Below, piece by piece: positions 1-8,582 of a stretch of DNA of 64,000 nucleotides (position 1 is its first letter; every line of letters begins with the position of its first letter). The DNA is from Perna viridis (taxonomy: Eukaryota), in contig CM074516.1 of assembly GCA_037379345.1 (NCBI GenBank), positions 5,518,001 to 5,582,000 on the forward strand, written 5' to 3'. Both the position numbers and the translations under genes were made by a program. Below the pieces are notes generated by a model. The model searched no databases. It was not told where the DNA came from and saw only the letters and a list, made by a program, of their open reading frames with translations.

Positions 1-80
1 ATGCTATTGTTTTCATATGTTAATTTGCTCTTAACTGAAACAAACACTCAACCCTCGAGGTAAAATAAGAAGGATAATTA

Positions 81-160
81 TCTGTATAATACTAGGTACA
101 TGTAATGTGCTAGTGTGTTATAAATCAATTAGCACTTACATGTGCTTGGAATTATGCAGA
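81..160 (+). ncRNA. pre-miRNA-like hairpin, type A (predicted 5p 92-114, 3p 130-151)
   Basis: TCTGTATAAT-A-CTAGGTACATGTAATGTGCTAGT-loop-ATTAGCACTTACATGTGCTTGG-A-ATTATGCAGA; CTAC at 169-172. Confidence 0.75.
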
Positions 161-238
161 TTTTCTTTCTACAGTTAACCCAACTTTCATTTTCTTTATT
201 TATTTTCAATTTTAAGTTAATCATTTATGAAGCATCTT

Positions 239-314
239 AAAGTGTTCTGCTTTTAGTACATGTTAGTGCTAGTGTTGGACTATACCACTAGTGCACCAAT
301 GAGTGGTTCATTTT
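239..314 (+). ncRNA. pre-miRNA-like hairpin, type C (8-nt deletion in 3' arm)
   Basis: 5' arm CTTTTAGTACATGTTAGTGCTAGTG; 3' arm lacks the ATTTCTAT seen in the copies at 1455 and 2254. Confidence 0.55.
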
Positions 315-406
315 GGAGCAAACACATCTATGATTACTGAATTTCTCATTGTTAATTGAAAAAAATAATTCTTAGCTTTTTTATCACCAAGTATTTTCTA
401 CAATTA

Positions 407-488
407 GCTCTTGACATTTCCAAGTACATATAATGTGCCAGTGTATATAATGCTACTAGCACTTACATGTGCTTGGAAAAGTGTGGGC
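407..488 (+). ncRNA. pre-miRNA-like hairpin, type B (predicted 3p 457-478)
   Basis: TTTCCAAGTACATATAATGTGCCAGT-loop-ACTAGCACTTACATGTGCTTGGAAA; CAAC at 494-497. Confidence 0.75.
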
Positions 489-713
489 ATAAACAACTCT
501 CTTTAACAAGCTTTCATTTAGAAACACACAAACACACAGGGATAAATTTCACCAGTGATTCTACTTTGTACCATCATCTATATGTCAATGTCTATGTAAG
601 CGTTTTTTGTATGAATGATTTTATGACTGCTGAGTTATGTATGTTTTAATCAAAAACTTCCTTCTATCATTTGTTTTGCCCTATAAGCACATCGTAGATA
701 ATGTGATTTGCTT

Positions 714-791
714 AGTGTACTGCTTTTAGTACATGTAAGTGCTAGTGTTTAATTAACCACTAGTCCTCAGGTGTACAAAAAGTGTTGCACT
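714..791 (+). ncRNA. pre-miRNA-like hairpin, type C'
   Basis: AGTGTACTGCTTTTAGTACATGTAAGTGCTAGTG...CACTAGTCCTCAGGTGTACAAAAAGTGTTGCACT; CTAC at 798-801. Confidence 0.65.
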
Positions 792-918
792 TTAAAGCTA
801 CTGATTTCAGGTCATCTTTCAACATTTGTTTTTTTTTTATAATATGTTTATTTGCATTCCAACTTAACCATTTACTCCCCAAAATATCAAGGTTGCAAAA
901 GACCATATCTAAAAATAG

Positions 919-998
919 TCTGCATAATTCTGGGCACATGTAATGTGCTGGTGTGCAATTAATCAATTAGCACTTGCATGTGCTTGGAATTATACAGA
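919..998 (+). ncRNA. pre-miRNA-like hairpin, type A
   Basis: Paralogue of 81-160; GGCAC replaces GGTAC (U:G to C:G pair). Confidence 0.7.
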
Positions 999-1088
999 TG
1001 CTCTTTTTCAGAAATCCAAACTTAACTTTGATATTCTGTCCTTCAACTTGTTTTTCATGTTGCTCTTCATTGATGATTCAAACATCTC

Positions 1089-1175
1089 AAAGTGCTCTAC
1101 TTTTAGTACATGGTAGTGCTAGTGGTGAAATATATCACTAGTATTTCCCTGCACTCATCATGAGTGGTTCATCTT
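1089..1175 (+). ncRNA. pre-miRNA-like hairpin, type C
   Basis: CTTTTAGTACATGGTAGTGCTAGTG...CACTAGTATTTCCCTGCACTCA. Confidence 0.6.
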
Positions 1176-1253
1176 TTAAGTTATTCCATGACAAATATCA
1201 TACCAAAGAAAACAGTGGTTCAGATTGGTATTTTAGAAGTATATTCTTCAATG

Positions 1254-1334
1254 GCTCTGACATTACCAGGTACATATAATGTGCCAGTGTATATAATTCT
1301 ACTAGCACTTACATGTGCTTGGAAATGAATGTGC
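1254..1334 (+). ncRNA. pre-miRNA-like hairpin, type B
   Basis: CCAGGTACATATAATGTGCCAGT...ACTAGCACTTACATGTGCTTGG. Confidence 0.7.
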
Positions 1335-1454
1335 TATGTAAGAAATGTTCCACTGACACTTGTATGTAACATTATGTATGTGATTTTCTTTCTTAATTTT
1401 CAATTCTAACAAGTTTTTTTAATGTAGCTAGTCATTTATGAAGCAAGCATCTTA

Positions 1455-1537
1455 AAGTGTTCTGCTTTTAGTACATGTTAGTGCTAGTGTTAAAACATAC
1501 CACTAGTATTTCTATGCACTAATGAGTGGTTCATCTT
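1455..1537 (+). ncRNA. pre-miRNA-like hairpin, type C
   Basis: AAGTGTTCTGCTTTTAGTACATGTTAGTGCTAGTG...CACTAGTATTTCTATGCACTAATGAGTGGTTCATCTT. Confidence 0.7.
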
Positions 1538-1621
1538 CAAAGCAATTCCATTTTTATCACAGCATGACAAATTTCATATCAAAGACCACAGATATGTAGA
1601 TCAGTATTTTTTTCTACAATG

Positions 1622-1702
1622 GCTCTTACATTTCCAAGTACATATAATGTGCCAGTGTATATAATTCTACTAGCACTTACATGTGCTTGGAAATGAATGT
1701 GC
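1622..1702 (+). ncRNA. pre-miRNA-like hairpin, type B
   Basis: CATTTCCAAGTACAT...ATGTGCTTGGAAATG. Confidence 0.7.
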
Positions 1703-1878
1703 TATGTAAGAATTGTTCCACTGACACTTATGTGCCATTATCTATTGGTAATGAAGCATGTAACACTTTGCCTGAATATCACTTTTATCACTGCTTAATA
1801 ATGCCTATTTTTAACATCAAAAACTTTTTTCCTATATATATATGTCTGCCCTAATGAGCTTCTTTTGAAAATATACTT

Positions 1879-1953
1879 AGTGTACTGCTTTTAGTACATG
1901 TTAGTGCTAGTGTAATAGACAACTAGCTCACTTGACCAAAATAGTGTTTCACT
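1879..1953 (+). ncRNA. pre-miRNA-like hairpin, type C' (diverged 3' arm)
   Basis: Invariant 5' arm; 3' arm AACTAGCTCACTTGACCAAAATAGTG. Confidence 0.55.
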
Positions 1954-2062
1954 TTAAATATTTTGATTTCAGTTTTCTATCATATTGTATATTGCCTTTA
2001 CACTTCAACCATTTACTCACCTCAATACTAAGTTGCAAAAAGATCATTCATCTGAAAATTTG

Positions 2063-2142
2063 TCTACATAATACTAAGTACATGTAATGTGCTGGTGTGC
2101 AATTAATCAATTAGCACTTGCATGTGCTTGGAATTATGCTGA
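2063..2142 (+). ncRNA. pre-miRNA-like hairpin, type A
   Basis: CTAAGTACATGTAATGTGCTGGT...ATTAGCACTTGCATGTGCTTGG; CTAC at 2150-2153. Confidence 0.7.
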
Positions 2143-2253
2143 TTTTTTTCTACAGTTAACTGAATTACACAACAACTTTTTCTTTTTTAATTTTCAATTG
2201 TAAATTTTGAAGTTTTTTTAATGTAGCTAGTCATTTATGAAGCAAGCATCTTA

Positions 2254-2336
2254 AAGTGTTCTGCTTTTAGTACATGTTAGTGCTAGTGTTGAAATATACC
2301 ACTAGTATTTCTATGCACTAATGAGTGGTTCATCTT
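2254..2336 (+). ncRNA. pre-miRNA-like hairpin, type C
   Basis: Near-identical to 1455-1537 except in the loop. Confidence 0.7.
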
Positions 2337-2634
2337 CAAAGCTATTCCATTTTTATCACAGCATGACAAATTTCATATCACAAATTTCAAAAGACCACAG
2401 AAATATAATCCTACTAGCACTTACAAGTGCTTGGCAAAGTGTGAGCATAAACATGTACATAACCTCACTAGTTTTTACCAGCTTATTGAAAAAAAAAACA
2501 TAAGCTTCTGATAAAATATGCCACAACGCTTTAATTTTTGAAGATCATTAAAAACTTCTATTATTTGTTTTGCCCTATTAGTGCTTCTAAGAAAATGTAA
2601 TTTGCTTAGTGTACCGTTGTTAGTATATAATAGC

Positions 2635-2712
2635 CTGCATAATACTAAATACACGTAATGTGCCGGTGTGCAATTAATCAATTAGCACTAACATGTGCTT
2701 GGTATTATACAG
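2635..2712 (+). ncRNA. pre-miRNA-like hairpin, type A (3p UAGCACUAAC variant)
   Basis: CTGCATAATACTAAATACACGTAATGTGCCGGT...ATTAGCACTAACATGTGCTTGGTATTATACAG. Confidence 0.6.
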
Positions 2713-2809
2713 ATTCTCTTCTTCAGAAATCCAAACTAAACTAGAACTTTAAATTTCTTTCAACCAGTTTTTCGTGTTGCTCTTTATTTATGATTCAAAC
2801 ATCTCAAAG

Positions 2810-2884
2810 CACTTTTAGTACATGTTCGTGCTAGTGTTGAAATACACCACTAGTATTTCTATGCACTAATGAGTGGTTCATCTT
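2810..2884 (+). ncRNA. pre-miRNA-like hairpin, type C
   Basis: CACTTTTAGTACATGTTCGTGCTAGTG...CACTAGTATTTCTATGCACTAATGAGTG. Confidence 0.6.
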
Positions 2885-3262
2885 TAAAGCTATTTAGTTT
2901 GTATGACAACATGACAAATGTGATATAAAACACAACAGGAGTCAGATTGGTATTTTGTAAGCATATTCTACAATGGCTCTAAGTACATGTAATGTGGCAG
3001 TGTATATAATCCTACTAGTGCTTGGAAATGTATGGGCATAAACAACCACTCAACAGTTTTCATTGAGAACCACATGATTAGAGCAGGTTGATTCTTTTAT
3101 TTAATCTTAGTGTTTGGGATAAATCAGTAATACTTGTAATGCAATTATTCATTCTCCGCTATATTTTTTTATGACTGCCAAGTTTGCTTGCTTTTAACAT
3201 CAAATCTTTCCTGCTTATATTTTACGCCTTCTTTTAGCATTCTAGGAAAATGCAATGTGCTG

Positions 3263-3341
3263 AGTGTAATGCTTTCAGTACATGTTAGTGCCGGTGTAAA
3301 ATTGGACCACAAGTACTTATGTGTATTTAAAGTGTTTCACT
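3263..3341 (+). ncRNA. pre-miRNA-like hairpin, type C' (diverged)
   Basis: AGTGTAATGCTTTCAGTACATGTTAGTGC...GTACTTATGTGTATTTAAAGTGTTTCACT. Confidence 0.55.
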
Positions 3342-3504
3342 ATAGACTGATTCAATTCCTTTGTTAATTGTTATCTATCATTTGTTACTTGCCTTTATTT
3401 GCATTTAAACTTCACCTTTTCTCATCAATATGGTAACATAAAGATTACCATTTGTATAATATTAGGTACATGTATTGTGCTGTTATGCAGCAACCAATTA
3501 GTAT

Positions 3505-3735
3505 TAACATGTGAATGGAATCATGTGGATTCTTTTTTACATATCCTAATTAGCATATGCATTGAATCATGTGGATTCTTTTTTTACATATCCTAATTAG
3601 CATGTGCATGGAATCATGTGGATTTTTTTTTTACATATCCTAATTAACATATGCATTGAATCATGTAGATTCTATTTTACATATCCTAATTAAGATGTGC
3701 ATGGAATCATGTGGATTCTCTTTTACATATCCTAA
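3505..3735 (+). repeat. ~46-47 bp minisatellite, 5 copies, arising from the 3' arm and flank of a decayed type A hairpin
   Basis: Units CATRTGCATKGAATCATGTGGATT(C)TnACATATCCTAATTAR; the CATATCCT motif ends at 3547, 3594, 3641, 3687 and 3733. Confidence 0.9.
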
Positions 3736-3771
3736 CTATACAATAACTTTTCATGATGTTCTTCCTTCTAA

Positions 3772-3850
3772 AAGTGTTCTGCTTTTAGTACATGTTAGTG
3801 CTAGTGTTGAATTATACCACTAGTATTTACATGCACTAATGAGTGGTTCA
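3772..3850 (+). ncRNA. pre-miRNA-like hairpin, type C
   Basis: Invariant 5' arm; 3' arm CACTAGTATTTACATGCACTAATGAGTGG. Confidence 0.7.
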
Positions 3851-3917
3851 ACAAAGCCATTCCGCTTGTATGAGAAAAATGATTCAGACTTGTATTCTGT
3901 AAGCATGATCTACAATT

Positions 3918-3990
3918 GCCCTAAAGTACATATAATGTGCTGGTGTATATAATCCTACTAGCACTAACATGTGCTTGGGAAAGTGTTAGC
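3918..3990 (+). ncRNA. pre-miRNA-like hairpin, type B (lower stem shortened)
   Basis: AAGTACATATAATGTGCTGGT...ACTAGCACTAACATGTGCTT. Confidence 0.55.
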
Positions 3991-4282
3991 ATCTACATGC
4001 ACATAACTCACTGGAATAATACCAGTTTTTAAAAGAAAAAAACACTAAACAATATAGAGCTTTATATCTTAGGGTTATTGATCAACCATACAACAGAAAT
4101 TGTTTATGCTACTAGTTTTTTTATTGTTTTTGATTTTAGTATAATAACATTGTATGTACAACAAAGTAATTTGACTTTTCTATGCTGATTTATACACGTT
4201 TTTAAACCAAGAACTTATAAAATTTCCCTCTTCTAACTTTATCCTTTTCACTCTGAATAAAGAACATGCAATTTGTGTATGC

Positions 4283-4356
4283 GAGACACTTTTAGTACAT
4301 GTTAGTGCTAGTGTAAAATTGGACCACTAGTACTTATGTGTACTAAAAAGTGTTTT
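4283..4356 (+). ncRNA. pre-miRNA-like hairpin, type C' (near-perfect stem)
   Basis: GAGACACTTTTAGTACATGTTAGTGCTAGTG-loop-CACTAGTACTTATGTGTACTAAAAAGTGTTTT; CCAC at 4366. Confidence 0.7.
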
Positions 4357-4478
4357 ATTTTGAAGCCACTGATTTCACTTAAATTGACACACATTCTCAT
4401 ATTGTGATTATCTCACTATATATGTATTCCTCCCACAAAAACTACCCTCATCCACAAAGTAAAATCATAAAAAATAAT

Positions 4479-4556
4479 CTGTATATTACTAGGTACATGT
4501 AATGTGCTGGTGTGCAATTGATTAATTAGCACTTACATGTGCTTGGAATTATGCAG
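4479..4556 (+). ncRNA. pre-miRNA-like hairpin, type A
   Basis: CTAGGTACATGTAATGTGCTGGT...ATTAGCACTTACATGTGCTTGG; CTTC at 4565. Confidence 0.7.
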
Positions 4557-4971
4557 TGGTTCAACTTCAAAGCTATTGCATTTTTATTGCAGCATGCTGA
4601 TTCTTTGTAAAATTGTGTTTTTATTGGCATATTATGCATGAGCTTTGGATTATTTTCTTGAAGATTGAAATTGTTCTGCATTAAAATGAATGCATAATGT
4701 GACTACATGTATAAACATTCTATCATTTACATGTGCCAGGTGTAAGTTTGGAACTTCACTTGCAAGAAAGTTATCTTCCACTACTCTTGTTGCTTCATTT
4801 CAATCATCTTGAGTTTTGTTAATACACAGTATATTGCCAGTAATAGATTGTACCAATATTACTTTATTTGCCAATGAGCGAGTCATCAAGTTATTGATTT
4901 CAAGAAAACTTAAAAATGCTTGAAAAAATGGGCATTAGTATAAGCTCTCATTTGTTTTCCTTGCCAAAAAT

Positions 4972-5051
4972 AAAGCTCTGCTCTTAGTACATGTTAGTGC
5001 TAGTGTTGAATTGTATCACTGGTAATTATATGTTCTAAGAAGTGGTTCTTT
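4972..5051 (+). ncRNA. pre-miRNA-like hairpin, type C
   Basis: CTCTTAGTACATGTTAGTGCTAGTG...CACTGGTAATTATATGTTCTAAGAAG. Confidence 0.65.
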
Positions 5052-5130
5052 AAAAGCAACACATTACTCACTTCTGTCACTGTAAACAGTTGGTACAACA
5101 CATCTGTATTAAACATGATTTAATTCTGCA

Positions 5131-5260
5131 GCTCATACATTTCCAAGTACATATGCAGTGCCAGTGTGTATATATGTTCTAAGAAGTGGTTCTTTAAAAG
5201 CAACACATTACTCACTTCTATTGAAAACTAGCACTTACATATGCTTGGAAATGTGTGGCT
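5131..5260 (+). ncRNA. type B hairpin with a 49-nt insertion in the loop
   Basis: Both arms intact; 5171-5219 is an exact copy of 5027-5075. Confidence 0.5.
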
Positions 5261-5476
5261 AGAAACTACAAATGAAATCCATCCACAAAAATCTAAAAAA
5301 ATGAGCACACTGGCCCATCTATTTTTTCTTCTTATATCTCTCTAGCATGAATTATCTCGAAAGGTTTCACAACCATTCGAAATGCTTTTTATTCTTAAAT
5401 AGAGAAGCAAACATCCTTACTCTCACAAATATACCTTTCCAAGGTGGAATTCAATCCAGTGAAGTGAAAGCTTTGA

Positions 5477-5553
5477 TGTTCTGCTTTTAGTACATGCTAG
5501 TGCTAGTACTAAATTGAACTACTAGTTCTTACATGTCCTTAAAAACAGTTCAT
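5477..5553 (+). ncRNA. pre-miRNA-like hairpin, type C/C'
   Basis: CTGCTTTTAGTACATGCTAGTGCTAGTA...TACTAGTTCTTACATGTCCTTAAAAACAG. Confidence 0.55.
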
Positions 5554-5755
5554 ATAAAAGCAATTCAGTTTTAAGTCATTGTTTGCATAGGTAGTGTGCA
5601 ACTTGTACATGCTTGTAGTACATGCTTGTGCTACTGTCAGATCTATATTGAGGTGTTCATTTCAATGATTTTCTCTTTACTGTCATATCTATTTTAAATT
5701 GATATGCAATGAACAATTCAAAAGTCTAGTATTTTCATCTACACTATAAATTTAA

Positions 5756-5835
5756 CTCAAACATTTCCAAGTACATATTATGTGCCAGTGTATATAATCG
5801 TACTAGCACGTAAATGTGCTTGGAAAAGTGTGGGC
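5756..5835 (+). ncRNA. pre-miRNA-like hairpin, type B (3p UAGCACGU variant)
   Basis: TTTCCAAGTACATATTATGTGCCAGT...ACTAGCACGTAAATGTGCTTGGAAA. Confidence 0.65.
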
Positions 5836-5997
5836 ACCTACACATAAGTATACATTAAATTCACTTACTTTCCCTAGTTAATTTGTTTTATTCAGATTAT
5901 ATTGATGGGTGCTCTACCTTAAGTACATGCTTAGTAATCATTAGGTCTTTTCTTTTTTGACTAAATGTTATCCTTCTTATGCTTTCTGAGCTTCTAC

Positions 5998-6085
5998 ACT
6001 GTATAAAACTAGGTACATGCTGAAATATGTGCTTTAGTGCAGTAAAAAATCAACTAGCACTTACCTGTGCTTGGTGTTATGCAGT
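5998..6085 (+). ncRNA. type A hairpin, 5' arm with insertion
   Basis: ACTGTATAAAACTAGGTACATG...CTAGCACTTACCTGTGCTTGGTGTTATGCAGT. Confidence 0.5.
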
Positions 6086-6360
6086 CATCTATTATCAAGA
6101 CTGGACAAATACAAGTATGGATCTAGGCCAATAGTACGTTTCACAAATTTGCTATCACTAGTTCTCTCATGCAAGGCACCCCTACTATGATGGTTCAAAC
6201 AGATATTCAGTGTTCTACTTATAGTACACATTAGTGCTAGATTTGATTTGTACTATTAGCACTATTTAGTACTTGTGATTCATATGAATCAATTCGAACT
6301 TCGAACTACAGAACACGTCTTTTGTTTTCTTTGATCTATTTATGCTATTGCAAAAAATAC

Positions 6361-6443
6361 AATCTATATAATGCTAGGAACATGTAATGTGCTGGTGTGC
6401 AATTATCAACTAGCACTTACATGTGCTTTGAATTATGCAGATT
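6361..6443 (+). ncRNA. pre-miRNA-like hairpin, type A
   Basis: AATCTATATAATGCTAGGAACATGTAATGTGCTGGT...ACTAGCACTTACATGTGCTTTGAATTATGCAGATT. Confidence 0.65.
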
Positions 6444-6696
6444 CTTTCTAGGAAACCAGGGAAGAGTGAGTGTCTGTCACTGTTTTTCTCAGTTAAATAC
6501 ATCACATTTTACAGTTTGTACTAACTTTTCTTAAAATACATACCATGGCAGTGTATATAATCTTACTAGCACTGACATGTGCTTGATAAAGTGTACTTTT
6601 GAAAAGTTGGTCCTTATACCAGAAATACTTATGGATGCAAGTAATTTTGGGGCATTTCTTAACTAGGGGCCACAATGATATTTATAAGGACTAGCA

Positions 6697-6778
6697 ATCC
6701 TTACCTTTCCAAGTATAAGTAATTTGCTGGTGTGTAAAATATAACTAGCACTTACATGTGCTTGGATAGGTCTGGGTT
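6697..6778 (+). ncRNA. pre-miRNA-like hairpin, type B-like
   Basis: ACCTTTCCAAGTATAAGTAATTTGCTGGT...ACTAGCACTTACATGTGCTTGGATAGGT; 3' arm invariant, 5' arm diverged. Confidence 0.7.
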
Positions 6779-7117
6779 TGTCTCTCTTCTACATCACCAC
6801 TAAAGTACACATTTCAGCAAATGTTGTGGATAAACCTTTAGTCAAAAGTCAGAAGTACTTGTTTATTTATACAATATTGAATGAGGGTTCCACATGTATT
6901 TCAAGACACATTACATCATTGCATCTCATCTTAATTTAAGGACTATTGTTCTGGTCAAGTTAATTATTGCTGAACATTCCAAGCATATTTTTCCAAGTCA
7001 ATTTGAAATCCAAATTCCAAGCATAAACTTTCATAACACAGATAGTGTGCTGAAGGAAACAAAATGAACTAGCACTAACCCTTGCTCTTTAACACTCTTT
7101 TTCCACCATTATAAAAC

Positions 7118-7200
7118 ACATGGTCTGCCTTTAGTACATGACAAGTGCTAGTGTTTATATATACTACTAGCACTAAGCATGTTCTATAAGTATGTCATGT
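7118..7200 (+). ncRNA. pre-miRNA-like hairpin, type D (3p UAGCACUAAGCAUGUUCUAUAA, 7168-7189)
   Basis: ACATGGTCTGCCTTTAGTACATGACAAGTGCTAGTG...TACTAGCACTAAGCATGTTCTATAAGTATGTCATGT; CTTC at 7205. Confidence 0.7.
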
Positions 7201-7385
7201 TTCACTTCTCTGGGTGTTATATACTATCTCTTATGTCTTAAATATCTGAAGCAAGCACTTGTTATGTCCTCAGTTGTTGGTAATGTAGAAATTTACCCCT
7301 TAATAAGTTGATACATACGATACTGGTAGTTCTTGACACATGTTGGATTTAATATTTCAACTGTCCAGCTGGTAAAGTTTACTTA

Positions 7386-7460
7386 TCTGTATAATTCCAA
7401 GTACATGTGCTGGTGTGCATAAAAAAATTTAGCACTTACATGTGCATGGGATTATGCTGG
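7386..7460 (+). ncRNA. type A hairpin, 5-nt deletion in 5' arm
   Basis: TCTGTATAATTCCAAGTACATGTGCTGG...TTAGCACTTACATGTGCATGGGATTATGC. Confidence 0.5.
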
Positions 7461-7618
7461 TAACAGTGCACTGTTCTTTCATAACAAAGCACGGTCAACT
7501 ATAGTGCTTGTTTACATTAACTATTAACACCATGTATGTTCTACTAGGAAGTTGATGCACATCTTCCACTAAATGTAAATTACCATTTTTACACTATTAC
7601 TACTATCATTAAAAAAAA

Positions 7619-7700
7619 GCATAGCCTGCTTCTACTACATGACAAGTGCTAGAGTCTATATTTCCTACTAGCACTAAGCATGTTCTACAAGTATTTCAAG
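7619..7700 (+). ncRNA. pre-miRNA-like hairpin, type D
   Basis: TACATGACAAGTGCTAG...CTAGCACTAAGCATGTTCTACAAG; CATC at 7706. Confidence 0.6.
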
Positions 7701-7870
7701 TTTAACATCTTCCATTTATAAAACTAACAATACCTTTTCTTTAACAATGTCTTTGGCACTAATCAACTTCATAATATTTAATAACAGGCAAATCAATCTC
7801 TGACTGAGTATGCACATTTTTTATTCATGCTACTGAAATGTTGACTTCAGCAGTTCAGTTGACTTTCTAA

Positions 7871-7948
7871 CCTGTATAATACTAGGCACATGTAATGTGC
7901 TAATGTGTTATCATCAATTAGCATTTCATGTGCTTGGAGTTATGATGG
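7871..7948 (+). ncRNA. pre-miRNA-like hairpin, type A
   Basis: CTAGGCACATGTAATGTGCTAAT...ATTAGCATTTCATGTGCTTGG. Confidence 0.6.
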
Positions 7949-8287
7949 TGACAGTGCAGTTGCAGTTTTCCATCATTCAAAAAATCTACTAGAATTACCA
8001 CTAGTATCACTGTATCACTTCTGTATTTTGAATTACTCAAAAATGTATGGTATGCTTTTAGTACATGACAGTATCTTACTAACACTAAGCATGTTCTACA
8101 AATATGTCAAGTTGCAATTCAGAAGAATACTTAATTTCTCCACTATATAATTCTTTCACAATCTTTATGTATGTAAGAATATCACTGGCACTAAGCACAC
8201 TCTTCTAGTAAACTACAAAGCACACCTTCACCTTACATAAACAGTGATTAGATCTTTTTTTCAATTTTACAATTTTATCAGTTTCTC

Positions 8288-8370
8288 TATGATGTATTAC
8301 TTAGTACATGACAAGTGCTAGTGTTAACATATACTACTAGCACTAAGCATGTTACTACAAGTATGTCATG
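8288..8370 (+). ncRNA. pre-miRNA-like hairpin, type D
   Basis: TATGATGTATTACTTAGTACATGACAAGTGCTAGTG...TACTAGCACTAAGCATGTTACTACAAGTATGTCATG. Confidence 0.65.
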
Positions 8371-8499
8371 ATGTAATCCTTCTACTCAGTGAAACTTCCT
8401 GTACAGAATTCTCAGTACCTTACTAGCACTAAGCATGTTCTATTAACTATACCCAATTTACAATTTTATCACTTTCTTCAAAATGTATCACTTAAGAAT

Positions 8500-8582
8500 G
8501 CATAGTCTGCTTCTAGTACATGACAAGTGCTAGTGTTTACATGTATTTCTAGCACTAGGCATGTTCTACAAGCAAGCCATGT
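8500..8582 (+). ncRNA. pre-miRNA-like hairpin, type D
   Basis: TGCTTCTAGTACATGACAAGTGCTAG...CTAGCACTAGGCATGTTCTACAAGCA; CATC at 8587. Confidence 0.7.

Noticed and set aside
7131-7153. AAGUGCU (miR-430/302 seed) in 5' arms, suggesting orthology
   Set aside because: The motif lies in the 3' half of the 5p arm, not at seed positions 2-8; it is simply the complement of the 3p seed.
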